Below, in pieces: positions 1 to 9,618 of a stretch of DNA of 64,000 nucleotides. The notes below the pieces were generated by a model. That model had not been told where the DNA came from, searched no databases, and was given only the letters and a program-made list of their open reading frames with translations. Source of the DNA: an uncultured delta proteobacterium (GTDB lineage Bacteria; Desulfobacterota; Desulfobaccia; Desulfobaccales; 0-14-0-80-60-11); NCBI GenBank assembly GCA_963812015.1, contig CAWETI010000002.1, positions 672,001 to 736,000 of the forward strand. The letters run 5' to 3'. The position numbers and the translations under genes are program-made. Positions within the stretch are counted from its first letter, which is position 1; each line of letters starts with the position of its first letter.

Positions 1-191
1 TTTCCTTAAATTCTTGGGTCCTTGGGTTTGCATAGCCTCAGAGAAATGCTTACTTTAAGGGCACCTGGGAGACTGACGATATTCCAAAGCACTTTTCATT
101 CGATTATAATATTCTAAACTCACACGGTGGAATGTCGATAACCTTTGGAGAGACTCATCAATCAATTTGAGATTTTCGAAAGGAAGCTAAG

Positions 192-413
192 ATGAAGACC
201 TCTAAGCGGCTTTTCCTGCCTTCAGACGATTTCGATAATGGGTTAGTTCGCGCCCAGATGGCCCAAAAATTTGTACACGGGACTGGTTTTTGCGGATGGG
301 AAGAGAATGCTGTTATTGATCCTGCTGAAATAATCGGAATCCGCCCAGACGAAGTTCGACAAGCCATTAGCAAGGAGGATGAATCTGTTATCAAGCGTAG
401 CGTTAAATTATAA
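192..413 (+). CDS. Small hypothetical protein (73 aa) upstream of the SIR2 gene
   Basis: ATG preceded by AAGGAAG; possible TTCCAA-N17-TATAAT promoter at 82-110. Confidence 0.5.
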   Translation: MKTSKRLFLPSDDFDNGLVRAQMAQKFVHGTGFCGWEENAVIDPAEIIGIRPDEVRQAISKEDESVIKRSVKL

Positions 414-488
414 TTAATAAATTTTTAATAAATTGAGAATCACAACTCTTGGCGAAATATCTTAAGGATAGTTCCATTTTTCCTCCGT

Positions 489-1583
489 GTGAATTTTCCT
501 GAAAGAATATATGAATTATTAAAACTTCCCCCCCGCAAAAGAGGAAAGCTCATCCTCGTCCTCGGTGCAGGAATCAGCACTCTTTCTCGAATTCGTCACC
601 CCAGCGTCGTTCTTCAAGAAAACCCAATTACACAATGTATAGAATGCAATCATAGCTCAAGGTATTATGAAGAACAGAGAGCTATTTGGTCTTGGTATGA
701 ATACAATAGAATGTATTCTAGGAATGTATTGCCCCCTTTTGCATATTATTTCATAGGCAAACTTTGTTCATTAAAACTTGTAAGAAGTATTATTACAACA
801 AATTATGATTCATATTTAACGTCAATTTTCAAAAAAGATAGAACTCTCCCAAATTATGTAATAAATCCGGTCCTGCGAAATACCGAAGTTGATCACTCGG
901 GTTTTAGGTCGTTCCATGAATCTAATATATTGCGTATATTTTCTCTGCACGGTAGTTTTGATTGGGCTCAATTCAAGAATTGCCATTGCATTGTAAATCT
1001 TCCGTCGTGGGTTGTTGGGACAAACCTTTGGCGTGTGCCCAAAGAGTGGGGAGGTGTTGTATATCATGATTACGATCCCCTCTTCGGGCATAAGCCGCTT
1101 CCCACTGGGGAAGCTCAGCATTATATTGATTGGCTTGTTGGGCGGGAGCCATTCCGTCGAGAAATAGATGGAGCACTAAGAGAAATTAATTGGGCGGTCA
1201 AAAGGGATGGCCACATACTTTTATTAGGGTTTAGAGGGACCCATTGTCCCAGATTGCCCACATGGGATGAAGAAATCTCTGAGCCTATCGCGGATGCCGC
1301 TGAGAAAATTCCAACCCTCATGGTTCTAACCGAGCCACAAGCAGAGGAAAGCAAACAAGGCATACCCACTGGGCCTACCAGCGACGAACTAAGCTGGCTA
1401 ATTCGGGAGCTTTCCAAGAAACAATATGGATCCGTAGAAGTATCTCCAAATATAGACGAGTGGTTTCTCAAGACATTTAAAGGATCGGTTCTTGATCCAA
1501 AATCTATCCAGGAAGAATATATTTTTAATTGGATTTACAAAGGGCTTTTTTTAAGACCACGTGAATTTGAGGGTAACCCATGA
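489..1583 (+). CDS. SIR2-like (sirtuin/NADase) domain protein
   Basis: Motifs LVLGAGIS, IITTNYD and LHGS; extra CxxC (CIEC) and CHC. Confidence 0.8.
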   Translation: MNFPERIYELLKLPPRKRGKLILVLGAGISTLSRIRHPSVVLQENPITQCIECNHSSRYYEEQRAIWSWYEYNRMYSRNVLPPFAYYFIGKLCSLKLVRSIITTNYDSYLTSIFKKDRTLPNYVINPVLRNTEVDHSGFRSFHESNILRIFSLHGSFDWAQFKNCHCIVNLPSWVVGTNLWRVPKEWGGVVYHDYDPLFGHKPLPTGEAQHYIDWLVGREPFRREIDGALREINWAVKRDGHILLLGFRGTHCPRLPTWDEEISEPIADAAEKIPTLMVLTEPQAEESKQGIPTGPTSDELSWLIRELSKKQYGSVEVSPNIDEWFLKTFKGSVLDPKSIQEEYIFNWIYKGLFLRPREFEGNP

Positions 1584-3880
1584 CAAGCAAAGGTGAGAGC
1601 ATTATCCTAGGAGATTTTGGGTTTAAGATAATCTTATTTCGCGTTCGAGCCGGATACGAAAAAGATATTGTAACTATGCTGAATGATTATCTGACAGAGG
1701 AAATTAATGAAAAGACGAATATTATTGAGTTTAAGATTTATAAGGTACTAGGATTATATGACATAATGATTATATTGCGCTGTAAGAATTTCCATCACGA
1801 TCTATTAGAAAGAGGGACTTTTGACCATGTTATTCAAAGCAATGAAATTCTTTGTTATAATCTTTATATGCCTAAAGCTAATCAATTTAACCTTAATAAT
1901 GACCTAAAAGATGGGATATTTATTAGTTTACTTAAACTTAGATTGGAGGCCCTTCTTGATTTTGGAATAGATATAACAAATGCATTAGCTATATATATGG
2001 AAGAGAAGAGAGATTTGATAGTCTTAGGAGGATTGGGCTGGAATGAGTTATTAATTATACACCCTCATAATTTTCAAAAAGAAGAATTAGAATACATTTT
2101 TAGTAAGTTTATATATGGCACCTCATCACTCTACCTTCCTGTAAATGGGAAGAATTACCCACTCATCCACAAAACATATTCTTTTTTAGGGGTAAGTTAT
2201 GATGTTATGGACAATTTAGAAAATACATTTCCTTCTAGTTTTGATGATTCGTCAACAGGACCTTGCCCAAGACTCCTCATATCCGTACCTGCACATAATT
2301 TTGAATTAGTTAATAAGAATATTCCAAAGATTTTTAGAAAAGGAAAAAATCATTTTGACTATGATAGACCACAAGTTATGACCGGAATTTATGATATTTC
2401 GCTCTCTTTTAAGAAAGGAACATGGGGCAGATTCCTCCAAAGCATTATGGATTTCCGAAAAGTTCATTCTGAAATCGTATTGGATACACGTACAGAGCTC
2501 GGGGCTTATATTTCACCTATCGATGTTTCTTCTCCTTATAAAAAGAAGAAACATCAAAAGGATATATTTCCACAATTAATTTTGGGGGAAGATGAAACGA
2601 TAAAGATATTAGATAGGCCAGGTACAATACATGTAGTCTCTACTATTTATAGGTTTAATAATTTCTTTCAAGATCCTCTTATTAAAGACAGTTTTTTAGA
2701 TTTGTTTATACCGGCAAGCAAATTAATAAGCCGTGTTTTGGGTAAGAATAGTTCTGGAAAATGGAACTTTAACGATAAAGAAATTAACCAGTTGCTTGTA
2801 GAATTTCAATGGGCAATTCGGGAGAGGGCAATGGGGGCTTATCTGTTTACAGAAGATGATGAACATTCCTTTTCCCCCATTAGGGGAGGGCTTCAGAAAA
2901 TATTATTGGCCATGGAGTCTATCCCGTATAGCATTTTGAATAAACTTGTTAATAGGGATTTTCCTTGGCAAGGGTTTATTTCAATAGGTTTAAAAGAAGA
3001 GCCAATGCATTTTTTGGAAAATCTGCACATTCCTTTCGACCATGCGTTATATCCTGAGAAATACTGGTGGTGTATCATTCACGAAATAGGACATATGTTA
3101 GCTGGTTTATGGAATATACTCGATGAAAATGATGCAGCAATTAAATATGCAATGAACATATTGCCGAATATATTGCCTAAGCCATTTAAAAATTTAGCCG
3201 ACAACTGCTTTGCTGATACATTTGATTTTATAATAGGTTTCCTATGCAATAGATATCTATATTTCAATGTTTGCTGGCCATTCCTTTTAGAAAACATTGA
3301 AAGGCAGGATCAACCATACTCATTTCTAAAGCGTCATATTACCAGACATTTTTTTGTCTGGATTTTTGAAAAAACATATTTAAACAAAAAAATTAACTTA
3401 CAAAGCTTGGATGATCGCGATATTTTAAATAGAGAATGTAAAATGCTTTTAAGAAATTTAGAATCGGTTCATCAAGTGAAGGAATATTTTTCAAAAAATA
3501 TTTCTGATAAAAATGCATTTTCAAATGATATTGTATTAGAAACTTTCCCTTATTTAAAATTAATTGACCACTATTCAAAATACTTTATTCCGGTGGTTAA
3601 GTTTATGAAAGAACTCAAAAGCGAATATCATTCGGCAAGATTCAAAAGAATGATTAAAAAAATAGAAGTAAAGGGAGATATATTGGGACATCAAGAAATT
3701 AAATATCCACACCTTATTCCTCTTAAGATAATGGAAAATATATTATATGCTAAAAAAGAATACGACACAAAATTTAGAACTAAAATGGCGACAATCCTTT
3801 CGCTTTATTGGTATTCTCATAATTTTTTCCTGCCTTCAATTTTAAACTTATGCAAAAAGGAAGTTTCTAACTCTTCTTAA
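1580..3880 (+). CDS. 766-aa hypothetical protein with repeated G-x-Y-D/G-W-x-E motifs and a C-terminal HEXXH (HEIGH) motif
   Basis: Long AT-rich ORF with ATGA overlap on the SIR2 stop; motifs LGLYDIM, LGWNELL, TGIYDIS and IIHEIGH. Confidence 0.75.
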   Translation: MTSKGESIILGDFGFKIILFRVRAGYEKDIVTMLNDYLTEEINEKTNIIEFKIYKVLGLYDIMIILRCKNFHHDLLERGTFDHVIQSNEILCYNLYMPKANQFNLNNDLKDGIFISLLKLRLEALLDFGIDITNALAIYMEEKRDLIVLGGLGWNELLIIHPHNFQKEELEYIFSKFIYGTSSLYLPVNGKNYPLIHKTYSFLGVSYDVMDNLENTFPSSFDDSSTGPCPRLLISVPAHNFELVNKNIPKIFRKGKNHFDYDRPQVMTGIYDISLSFKKGTWGRFLQSIMDFRKVHSEIVLDTRTELGAYISPIDVSSPYKKKKHQKDIFPQLILGEDETIKILDRPGTIHVVSTIYRFNNFFQDPLIKDSFLDLFIPASKLISRVLGKNSSGKWNFNDKEINQLLVEFQWAIRERAMGAYLFTEDDEHSFSPIRGGLQKILLAMESIPYSILNKLVNRDFPWQGFISIGLKEEPMHFLENLHIPFDHALYPEKYWWCIIHEIGHMLAGLWNILDENDAAIKYAMNILPNILPKPFKNLADNCFADTFDFIIGFLCNRYLYFNVCWPFLLENIERQDQPYSFLKRHITRHFFVWIFEKTYLNKKINLQSLDDRDILNRECKMLLRNLESVHQVKEYFSKNISDKNAFSNDIVLETFPYLKLIDHYSKYFIPVVKFMKELKSEYHSARFKRMIKKIEVKGDILGHQEIKYPHLIPLKIMENILYAKKEYDTKFRTKMATILSLYWYSHNFFLPSILNLCKKEVSNSS

Positions 3881-3959
3881 AATAGCAGAATAACTATTAG
3901 CAATTCCTCGATTTTAGGCCGCCGCTGAGCTTGGTTGTGAGACCACAGGACTATCAGAA

Positions 3960-4676
3960 ATGAGTCGCCTTCTCGTCCCAACGCTCGGCCCATCAGATTG
4001 GCGTCGCTTGCTCACAGACCCGTCAACGCAGTGGGTTCGTGGGAAGTCCGCATACGAGACCGCCGTGGCATGGGAGGCGGCTCGCACAACGCCTCGTGGT
4101 CTCCCCTTGCAAGTTTGCCAGATCCTGGATACGCAAGATGACCTGCGCGGAGCCAAGCTGCTGCTGGGTATTCCCGAACATCGCGTCTATCTTCCAGGTG
4201 GTGGACATGCTTCTCAGACGGATCTCTGGGCACTCCTGCGCAATGAAGGCCACCTCATTTCGCTCGCCGTCGAGGGAAAGTCGGGCGAGTCATTCGACAA
4301 GACGGTCGGCGAGTGGCTGACGAGCGCAAAGCCCAAAAGCGGGAAACCAAGCCGGCTCGCCTTCTTGCGCGAACGCCTCGGCTTATCTCACGTAGAGGTC
4401 ACTCACATCCGCTATCAACTTCTACACCGGACTGCATCGGCACTGCTCGAGGCGGAACGGTTCATGGCTGACTTCGCTGTGCTTCTTATCCAGTCATTCG
4501 GCGGCCAGAACGATGCCGCGAGTTTCTCAGACTTTCAGGCGTTTGGGCGCCTGTTCGATCTTGAACTCAACTTGGGCGAACTCAGTGCGGCCAAGGTGCC
4601 AGGCAACCCGCGGTTGCTGCTCGGTTGGGTCGCCTGCCGGGCCGCCAAAAAACGGGGTCTTGAGGCTGCGGTCTAA
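3960..4676 (+). CDS. DUF6946-like predicted PD-(D/E)XK nuclease
   Basis: WRRLL..QW..GKSAYETA.AW, SQTDLW, AVEGK and RYQLLHR; GC-richer than its neighbours. Confidence 0.7.
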   Translation: MSRLLVPTLGPSDWRRLLTDPSTQWVRGKSAYETAVAWEAARTTPRGLPLQVCQILDTQDDLRGAKLLLGIPEHRVYLPGGGHASQTDLWALLRNEGHLISLAVEGKSGESFDKTVGEWLTSAKPKSGKPSRLAFLRERLGLSHVEVTHIRYQLLHRTASALLEAERFMADFAVLLIQSFGGQNDAASFSDFQAFGRLFDLELNLGELSAAKVPGNPRLLLGWVACRAAKKRGLEAAV

Positions 4677-4700
4677 CAAGTTGCTGCAGTTGGTACCAAA
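4671..4700 (+). repeat. attC-like left arm (GTCTAAC AAGTTGCTGCAG)
   Basis: The RYYYAAC inverse core contains the ORF stop codon; near-complementary GTGAGAC at 3937-3943 upstream of the gene. Confidence 0.5.
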
Positions 4701-4810
4701 CCGCTTGTTGCAGTCAGCCGGCGGTGTCAGTCTTATACGGACAGGAAACCGAATCTCCGCATTTTATGTGGATCAATCTAATTATTGTGAGATCGCAAGA
4801 GGAGATTATT

Positions 4811-5482
4811 ATGGACCAGAATAACTGGATCATAATTTTGATGATCGGAGCTGGTTTGCTTGGAGGAATTACTAACTATTTTAGAATTGAGCAAGAAGAG
4901 AAGAGCTTGTTCTCGTTTTCAAAGAGTGTTTTAATGGGCGTATCCGCATCCCTATTGATACCTTTGTTTCTAAAAATGATATCAAGCGATCTACTTAATG
5001 GAAGCATTTTTGATAGTTCAAGGCAGTTTATTTTATTTGGATTTTGTCTCATTGCATCACTTTCTTCGAAAGCATTCATTGAGACGATCTCTAATCGTCT
5101 GATAAATGAGGTCAAGGATACGAAAGAAAAATTGGAAGACATAAAAAAGGATATAGAACCTATTATTTCTAAGGAAAGCGAAGCACAAGAAGAACTAGCA
5201 AACTCTTTCATAAATGGTACCGGTTTCAGTCTAGATGAAGACGCAAATAAAGTCATAAATTCTCTTGGCAGTAGCAGATATGCATGGAGAACTCCGAGAG
5301 GAATTGCTCGAGAAATAGGGTTGCCACTAGAAAACGTCTTGAGCTCATTGGATTGGCTATCATTAAACCGTTTGACTGTTAGGGCAAGTGAAAAAGGGCG
5401 ATGGGGGCTGACTTTATTAGGCCGTAATATCCTTGCAAAGATATCTTCTGCGAAGGAATCTGAGCAAAAAGAAAAAGACTGA
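4811..5482 (+). CDS. Three-TM membrane protein (YEATS-associated/YLATT-like) with coiled coil and C-terminal winged-helix-like region
   Basis: GAGGAG RBS before ATG 4811; three hydrophobic helices (GLLGG..NYF, GVSASLLIPLFL, FGFCLIAS..S.AFI); WRTPRGIAREIG. Confidence 0.65.
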   Translation: MDQNNWIIILMIGAGLLGGITNYFRIEQEEKSLFSFSKSVLMGVSASLLIPLFLKMISSDLLNGSIFDSSRQFILFGFCLIASLSSKAFIETISNRLINEVKDTKEKLEDIKKDIEPIISKESEAQEELANSFINGTGFSLDEDANKVINSLGSSRYAWRTPRGIAREIGLPLENVLSSLDWLSLNRLTVRASEKGRWGLTLLGRNILAKISSAKESEQKEKD

Positions 5483-5487
5483 ACTCG

Positions 5488-5557
5488 ATCTAACAACAGC
5501 TTCAAGATGGACACGAAAACACGCGTGGCAATCATCGGCGCAAGTTGAACACTTAGA
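5488..5557 (+). repeat. Degenerate attC-like site
   Basis: ATCTAAC..TTCAA pairs imperfectly with TTGAA..TTAGA; lies just after a stop codon. Confidence 0.4.
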
Positions 5558-5584
5558 AACCTTTAAAAAAGAGGTCATCATAAT

Positions 5585-5908
5585 ATGGAATTCCATGTTA
5601 CGGTGGAATATGGCAACCAATCACATATATATGTGATGGATGTTGAAGGACTTTCATTATCAACCCATCGGGAAGAGATTCGAAAGAAAGTTGTCGATAA
5701 ATTTTACTCTACCGTTAAATTCGAAATTGTTGAGGAAGGCGGAGAGACATATTGACGAAACTATAATAGCACAGCCCTTAGGGGAAAGGCCGAAAAAGCA
5801 GGGCAAGGCGATGAATGCGATGAAGAAACGAGTCGAATCACTCTTGCTACAAAGAGAGTTCCATGTGGGGTGATCACCCATAGGATCGATGCGTTCCTAA
5901 AGGCATGA
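5585..5908 (+). pseudogene. Cassette-like ORF interrupted by an in-frame TGA at 5753-5755
   Basis: GAGG RBS; the frame stays open past the TGA to a stop at 5906-5908, 2 nt before an attC-like GGCCAAC AAGCGGTTG. Confidence 0.4.
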
Positions 5909-6132
5909 ACGGCCAACAAGCGGTTGTACGTGCCTGATATTCAGACCATATCATCGCTTCTCAGCTAAAAAGCTAAACAAAAAAGGACCACAACCGGTCC
6001 CGTAACCGAGGTAAAAAAGGGGGGGGTCGGCCCTATGCTGGCGGCGGCCCCCCGGCCCCAAACATCCATCAATGGTCAGCCGTTCCCGCGGTTCCACCAA
6101 GCGGTGATGCCTCCCCTTGTCTTATAGGCCAT

Positions 6133-7347
6133 TTATTTCCTTCCCTGATCTTCCTGTCTTTGTTGTTGGCGTAGTCGGGCTAATTTTTCCCCCAAATCTC
6201 CCAAGCGAGACTCTAATTGTTCATCAAAACCTTCGATCCGTTGAACGTAAGGGGTATGGGGCCAGAAAATGGGACCTTGGTTACACTTGAGTAACATTTC
6301 CTCATACACTTTTGCCATCAAGGGCGAGTGGTCCTTGTAGGAATTCTCCAGAGCGAGTCCCCTGGCCTCTGCATCTGGGCAGCGGGGGCTACATGGATAA
6401 AATTCAAACGCATAATAAGCCTGGCTGGGGGGTATCACCTCAGGCCAGTGCATGGACTTCAGGGTTTCACGGAGCAGTTGTGTCAAGGCGGTTTTTTCAA
6501 AATTTCCACCTTGAGCCCTCAAGGAAGAGGCCGCTCGGCTACAGCATTCTGGATAACCTAACAGGTCACCTTCTCTGACCATGATCTCCTGCCAGATAGG
6601 TTCATTTTGCCAAGGAGTGGCGGCCTTCCAGTAAAGTTCCTCAAGGTCTTCCAGCCGATCCAACAAGGCGGGGTCAGTTACAAAATAGAGTTTTACCAGC
6701 GGGACACCCTTTGGTGATGCCAGATGCACAAAAAAGGCGGTGTGTATACCGAAAGCGTGATAGAGAACCTGAGCTAAAGTCCCGTGCAGTTTTTTCAATA
6801 TCTCCGCCGATTCTCCGCGCGCATCCTCAAGGAGCTTCACTTGGTCCTGAAAGCAGCAAGTGGCTGGACGACAATGCCAGACAATGGGTAGTAAATTTTC
6901 TAAGACAAAATGGTAGCCCAATCGGGCCCCTATTGCCAATTCAAGGACTTCTTCCAGGGTGGGAAGTGTCTTGCTCCTGGATGATTTTTTCGGCTTTTCT
7001 TTATATAGCTCCCGCAACTCTATCAGGGTGGGGATGTAGGTGAAGGCCTTCTGGAGCCATTGGTGGGCATTATCCTTCAGGCCAACGTCCCAACAGGCCG
7101 AGGCCAGCATTTCTGCAATATGCGGCGGCATTTCCGCATCTTGAGATAGGGTCTCGGCCAAGAAGATCAATTTGGGAAGGTCATTTTTTTGGTGAAGAGC
7201 TTGAATTCTCATGAACGAGGTGGCCTGTTTAGCCTCCAAGCCAGCCGTGTCAGGAATCTCAGTCAGTGCGGCCAGAGCCTCGTCTGGGAGGTAAAACCGT
7301 AAATACTCAGCACTCAGATGCAAAAGAAAATCGGCTTCACGCCCCAT
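6133..7347 (-). CDS. TPR-like N-terminus plus DUF483-like cysteine domain protein
   Basis: LLGYPECC and FYPCSPRC motifs; helical N-terminus. Confidence 0.6.
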   Translation of the reverse strand: MGREADFLLHLSAEYLRFYLPDEALAALTEIPDTAGLEAKQATSFMRIQALHQKNDLPKLIFLAETLSQDAEMPPHIAEMLASACWDVGLKDNAHQWLQKAFTYIPTLIELRELYKEKPKKSSRSKTLPTLEEVLELAIGARLGYHFVLENLLPIVWHCRPATCCFQDQVKLLEDARGESAEILKKLHGTLAQVLYHAFGIHTAFFVHLASPKGVPLVKLYFVTDPALLDRLEDLEELYWKAATPWQNEPIWQEIMVREGDLLGYPECCSRAASSLRAQGGNFEKTALTQLLRETLKSMHWPEVIPPSQAYYAFEFYPCSPRCPDAEARGLALENSYKDHSPLMAKVYEEMLLKCNQGPIFWPHTPYVQRIEGFDEQLESRLGDLGEKLARLRQQQRQEDQGRK

Positions 7348-7383
7348 TGCAATATCTCCTTAAATATCAGTTGGAGCACTTTG

Positions 7384-8016
7384 TCAGGCATATACCAGCC
7401 TCTGCCTTGCGGAAAAATCATAAGTGGTTAGCACATCAACAATTGCCGTGGTAATTTTGTCGCCCCCCCGCGAGGATGGCTCGATGGGCGAAGTATCGGA
7501 ATAGTCCGCAGGTTGGTTACAAATGAGTCGCAGATCTATTACGGGTATCCTGGCGCTGAAGGCCTCCCGTAATATGACGTCGTTGAACAGCGATAACGCC
7601 GTAACGAGTGAAGGATTTAACCCAGGCACGGAATCGTAGATAGTACAAACAGTCGTTGGTCTTTTATGGCTCAACACCTTTTCCAACATGGCAGCGTAAT
7701 CTCTACGAAAATCATTCAGGATAATGGCGAAGCGGTCAAAAACCTCTGCCACCGAGCGAGCACCTTCAGATAAAATATAACTTTTATGCAGGGCGTCATT
7801 TCCACCTACGCTCACGAACAAATTCGTCGCATCTGGAGGTAAATTATCGAGCTGTGTCAGGACGTTTATAGTAATATGCCCATCGATGGCCAAAAGTGAT
7901 GCCTGACAACCATCAGGCAATTTCCCTCGGAGTTGGTCAATCACCGCCGGCCCACCGCTAACGTAGGCTGCGTTGTCAAAAATCGAATCACCAAGAAGGA
8001 CGATGTGGGTCATCAA
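7384..8016 (-). CDS. SGNH/GDSL hydrolase
   Basis: LLGDSIFDN, VGGND and PIEPS motifs. Confidence 0.85.
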   Translation of the reverse strand: MMTHIVLLGDSIFDNAAYVSGGPAVIDQLRGKLPDGCQASLLAIDGHITINVLTQLDNLPPDATNLFVSVGGNDALHKSYILSEGARSVAEVFDRFAIILNDFRRDYAAMLEKVLSHKRPTTVCTIYDSVPGLNPSLVTALSLFNDVILREAFSARIPVIDLRLICNQPADYSDTSPIEPSSRGGDKITTAIVDVLTTYDFSARQRLVYA

Positions 8017-8103
8017 TGATTTCCCCTTCCCGTCGATTAATGATTATCTAAAATTAGATAATGAGGGTTTCCCGGATTTATTAATTTTATCGAGGAATAA
8101 AAA

Positions 8104-9615
8104 ATGGGCAACTACGCCAACGGACCAAAGCTTTCCAAATCGAAATTCGTCGCTGGTTGTCAATGCCTGAAGAGGTTGTATCTCCAATATTATCAGTTGG
8201 TGCCGGTTGAAATTAATGCCGCGCAACAGGCCAAGTTTGACCAGGGCCACGAGGTTGGCTTGTTGGCCACCAGGGCCTTTCCGAACGGGATGGCGGTGCA
8301 AGAGGACTACCTGCACCATGCTGAAGCGGTGGCCCGAACCCAAAATCTGATGGCGGATAAAAACATTCCTGCCATTTTTGAAGCTGCTTTTACCTATCAA
8401 GGCATTCGGGTGCGGGTCGATATCCTGGAGCGCCAACCTAAAAACCGGTGGCGGTTGATCGAGGTCAAAGCCTCCAATTCAGTGAAGGACTATCACCATT
8501 TGGATGTCGCGATTCAAAAGTATGTTTTAGAGGGCTGCGGGCTTGCATTGTCAGGGGCTTGTCTGATGCACCTAAACCGGGATTATGTTTATGATGGCCG
8601 CGATCTCGATCCGAAAGAATTATTCCTCATCGATGACCTTACCGAGGTTTTGGCAGATCGTATGGCTGAAATTCCCGATAAGGTGGCCCAGGAAAAAGAA
8701 ATCTTGAGCCAGGATGAACCTCCCAATATTGCTCCCGGTGACCAGTGCACCGACCCGTTTGAATGTGAGTTTTATAGTTTTTGCAATCTAGAAGTTCCAG
8801 AGTACTCGGTGAGAAGCCTGCCCCGGTTGAGCAAACGAAAGCGACAAGAACTTGTGGATCAGGGGATCGAATTGATCCATGATATTCCCGATGATTTCGG
8901 CCTGACCGAATTGCAACGCCGTGTCTGCCTCTGTGTCCGACAAGGCGAGCCCTACTTTGGGGGGGAACTCTCGAAGGAACTGAATAAGTTAGAGTATCCG
9001 CTTTATTTTATGGACTTTGAGAGCTATAACCCGGCGATCCCCCGTTATGCCGGGATGAGGCCGTTTGATCAGATCCCCTTCCAGTGGTCGGTCCATGTGC
9101 AGAGGCAGCCTGGGAGTGACCCGGAGCATTATGAATTTCTCGCGGATAATGCCGATGACCCCAGGGAAGCTTTTATCAGTGGCTTGCTGGAAGTTTTGGA
9201 AGATGGTGGCGGGAAAGGCCATATCGTCTCCTACTATGCCAGTTTTGAAACAGGCCGCCTCAATGATTTGGCCGTTTGGCTGTCTCAATACGCTGCCAGG
9301 ATCGAAAACATTAAAGGCCGCCTGTGGGATTTGCACCCGGTTATCAAGGATTACGTCTACCACCCTGAATTTTATGGGTCCTTTTCCCTTAAACAGGTGC
9401 TGCCAGCCCTTGTCCCGCACATGACTTATGAAGGGATGGAAGTATCTGGAGGGACAGAGGCAGGCCTGGCTTATGAGGCCATAATCAGAGGGGAATCCGA
9501 CGATGATGAGATCGATAAATTACGAAATGCCCTCCTCGAGTATTGCAAGCAAGACACTTTAGCCATGGTTGAGCTGATTCAAAAACTGCGTCACTGCGCG
9601 AGAGACCGGGGATGA
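8104..9615 (+). CDS. DUF2779 domain protein (Cas4-like PD-(D/E)XK nuclease plus RNase H-like domain)
   Basis: LSKSKF..GCQC.KRL, RVDIL..LIEVK, C..PFECEF..FC, MDFE, QIPFQWS, SLK.V and YC..DT. Confidence 0.85.
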   Translation: MGNYANGPKLSKSKFVAGCQCLKRLYLQYYQLVPVEINAAQQAKFDQGHEVGLLATRAFPNGMAVQEDYLHHAEAVARTQNLMADKNIPAIFEAAFTYQGIRVRVDILERQPKNRWRLIEVKASNSVKDYHHLDVAIQKYVLEGCGLALSGACLMHLNRDYVYDGRDLDPKELFLIDDLTEVLADRMAEIPDKVAQEKEILSQDEPPNIAPGDQCTDPFECEFYSFCNLEVPEYSVRSLPRLSKRKRQELVDQGIELIHDIPDDFGLTELQRRVCLCVRQGEPYFGGELSKELNKLEYPLYFMDFESYNPAIPRYAGMRPFDQIPFQWSVHVQRQPGSDPEHYEFLADNADDPREAFISGLLEVLEDGGGKGHIVSYYASFETGRLNDLAVWLSQYAARIENIKGRLWDLHPVIKDYVYHPEFYGSFSLKQVLPALVPHMTYEGMEVSGGTEAGLAYEAIIRGESDDDEIDKLRNALLEYCKQDTLAMVELIQKLRHCARDRG

Positions 9616-9618
9616 GGT

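Noticed and set aside
489..3880. Thoeris, SIR2-HerA or SPARSA
   Set aside because: No TIR, HerA ATPase or PIWI motifs are visible in the partner.
4876..5535. 219-aa minus-strand ORF (also 10980-11693)
   Set aside because: Antisense to better-supported genes; no motifs.
6013..6060. Terminator or G-run switch after the DUF483-like gene
   Set aside because: Stem is imperfect with a long loop, and the G-run is not in a recognisable gene or promoter.
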